A stretch of DNA of 64,000 bases from Laetmonice hystrix (Eukaryota). The stretch is taken from NCBI GenBank assembly GCA_965235115.1, contig OZ249436.1, positions 8,186,001 to 8,250,000 of the forward strand, read 5' to 3'. The position numbers and the translations under genes are program-made. Under the pieces are notes generated by a model. The model saw nothing but the letters and a program-made list of their open reading frames with translations, was not told where the DNA came from and searched no databases. Positions 63,701 to 64,000 of this stretch are shown here, piece after piece. Each line of letters begins with the position of its first letter. The first letter of the stretch is position 1.

Positions 63701-64000
63701 GCATACATTGCCCCTTCAGTGATCTAGCTAGAAGAAAATCTCAGCGTGGAGTGAACTGCCCGTTTGGGCTAGGTATGCAATTGTGACACAAGAAGTGCGT
63801 CGGGGAAAACAATATTAATAAAATTTTACACTTACTATTTGGAAGTTATTTGAAAATAACTGATTTCAAAATGATTATGTGATATAGTTGGAATTCTTCT
63901 GATAAAAATACGGGCAACCACTTTGAATTACAGACAACCACTACCACATAAAGTAGTACCCGTGGACAACTGGCACTTCAAAGTGTGATTTGTTGAGCAC

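Noticed and set aside
1..64000. tRNA, rRNA, snRNA or an intact transposase/reverse transcriptase gene
   Set aside because: None recognised by eye; tRNAscan-SE, Infernal/Rfam and RepeatMasker were not run, so small RNAs could be missed.

Overview
Eukaryotic (animal, probably protostome/lophotrochozoan invertebrate) genomic DNA with GT-AG spliced genes; nothing prokaryotic. I assembled four genes by hand from splice sites and reading frame. (1) A 4-exon Wnt ligand, most like WntA (+, CDS 8305-48230, 353 aa, with a 25.7 kb first intron). (2) USE1, an ER SNARE (-, 6 exons, 51363-53573, 246 aa). (3) A divergently transcribed TEX45/SAXO5-like axonemal microtubule-binding repeat protein (+, 7 coding exons, 55197-60508, 497 aa). 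(4) The last exon of NDUFA13/GRIM-19 (-, 62922-63126). Introns and intergenic DNA carry many unrelated minisatellites and several small non-autonomous DNA transposons identifiable by terminal inverted repeats (TIRs) and target-site duplications (TSDs): Academ-like 9 bp, Kolobok-like TTAA, Harbinger-like TTA, hAT-like 8 bp and two CA..TG elements with 6 bp TSDs. There are also SINE/LINE remnants. I found no convincing new multi-gene system. The most interesting oddities are a 61 bp triplication across a splice acceptor of the TEX45-like gene, a bidirectional housekeeping/ciliary promoter, apparent ancient synteny with human 19p13, and a pseudoknot-capable SINE end. Family assignments are from recalled sequence similarity; no database search was run.
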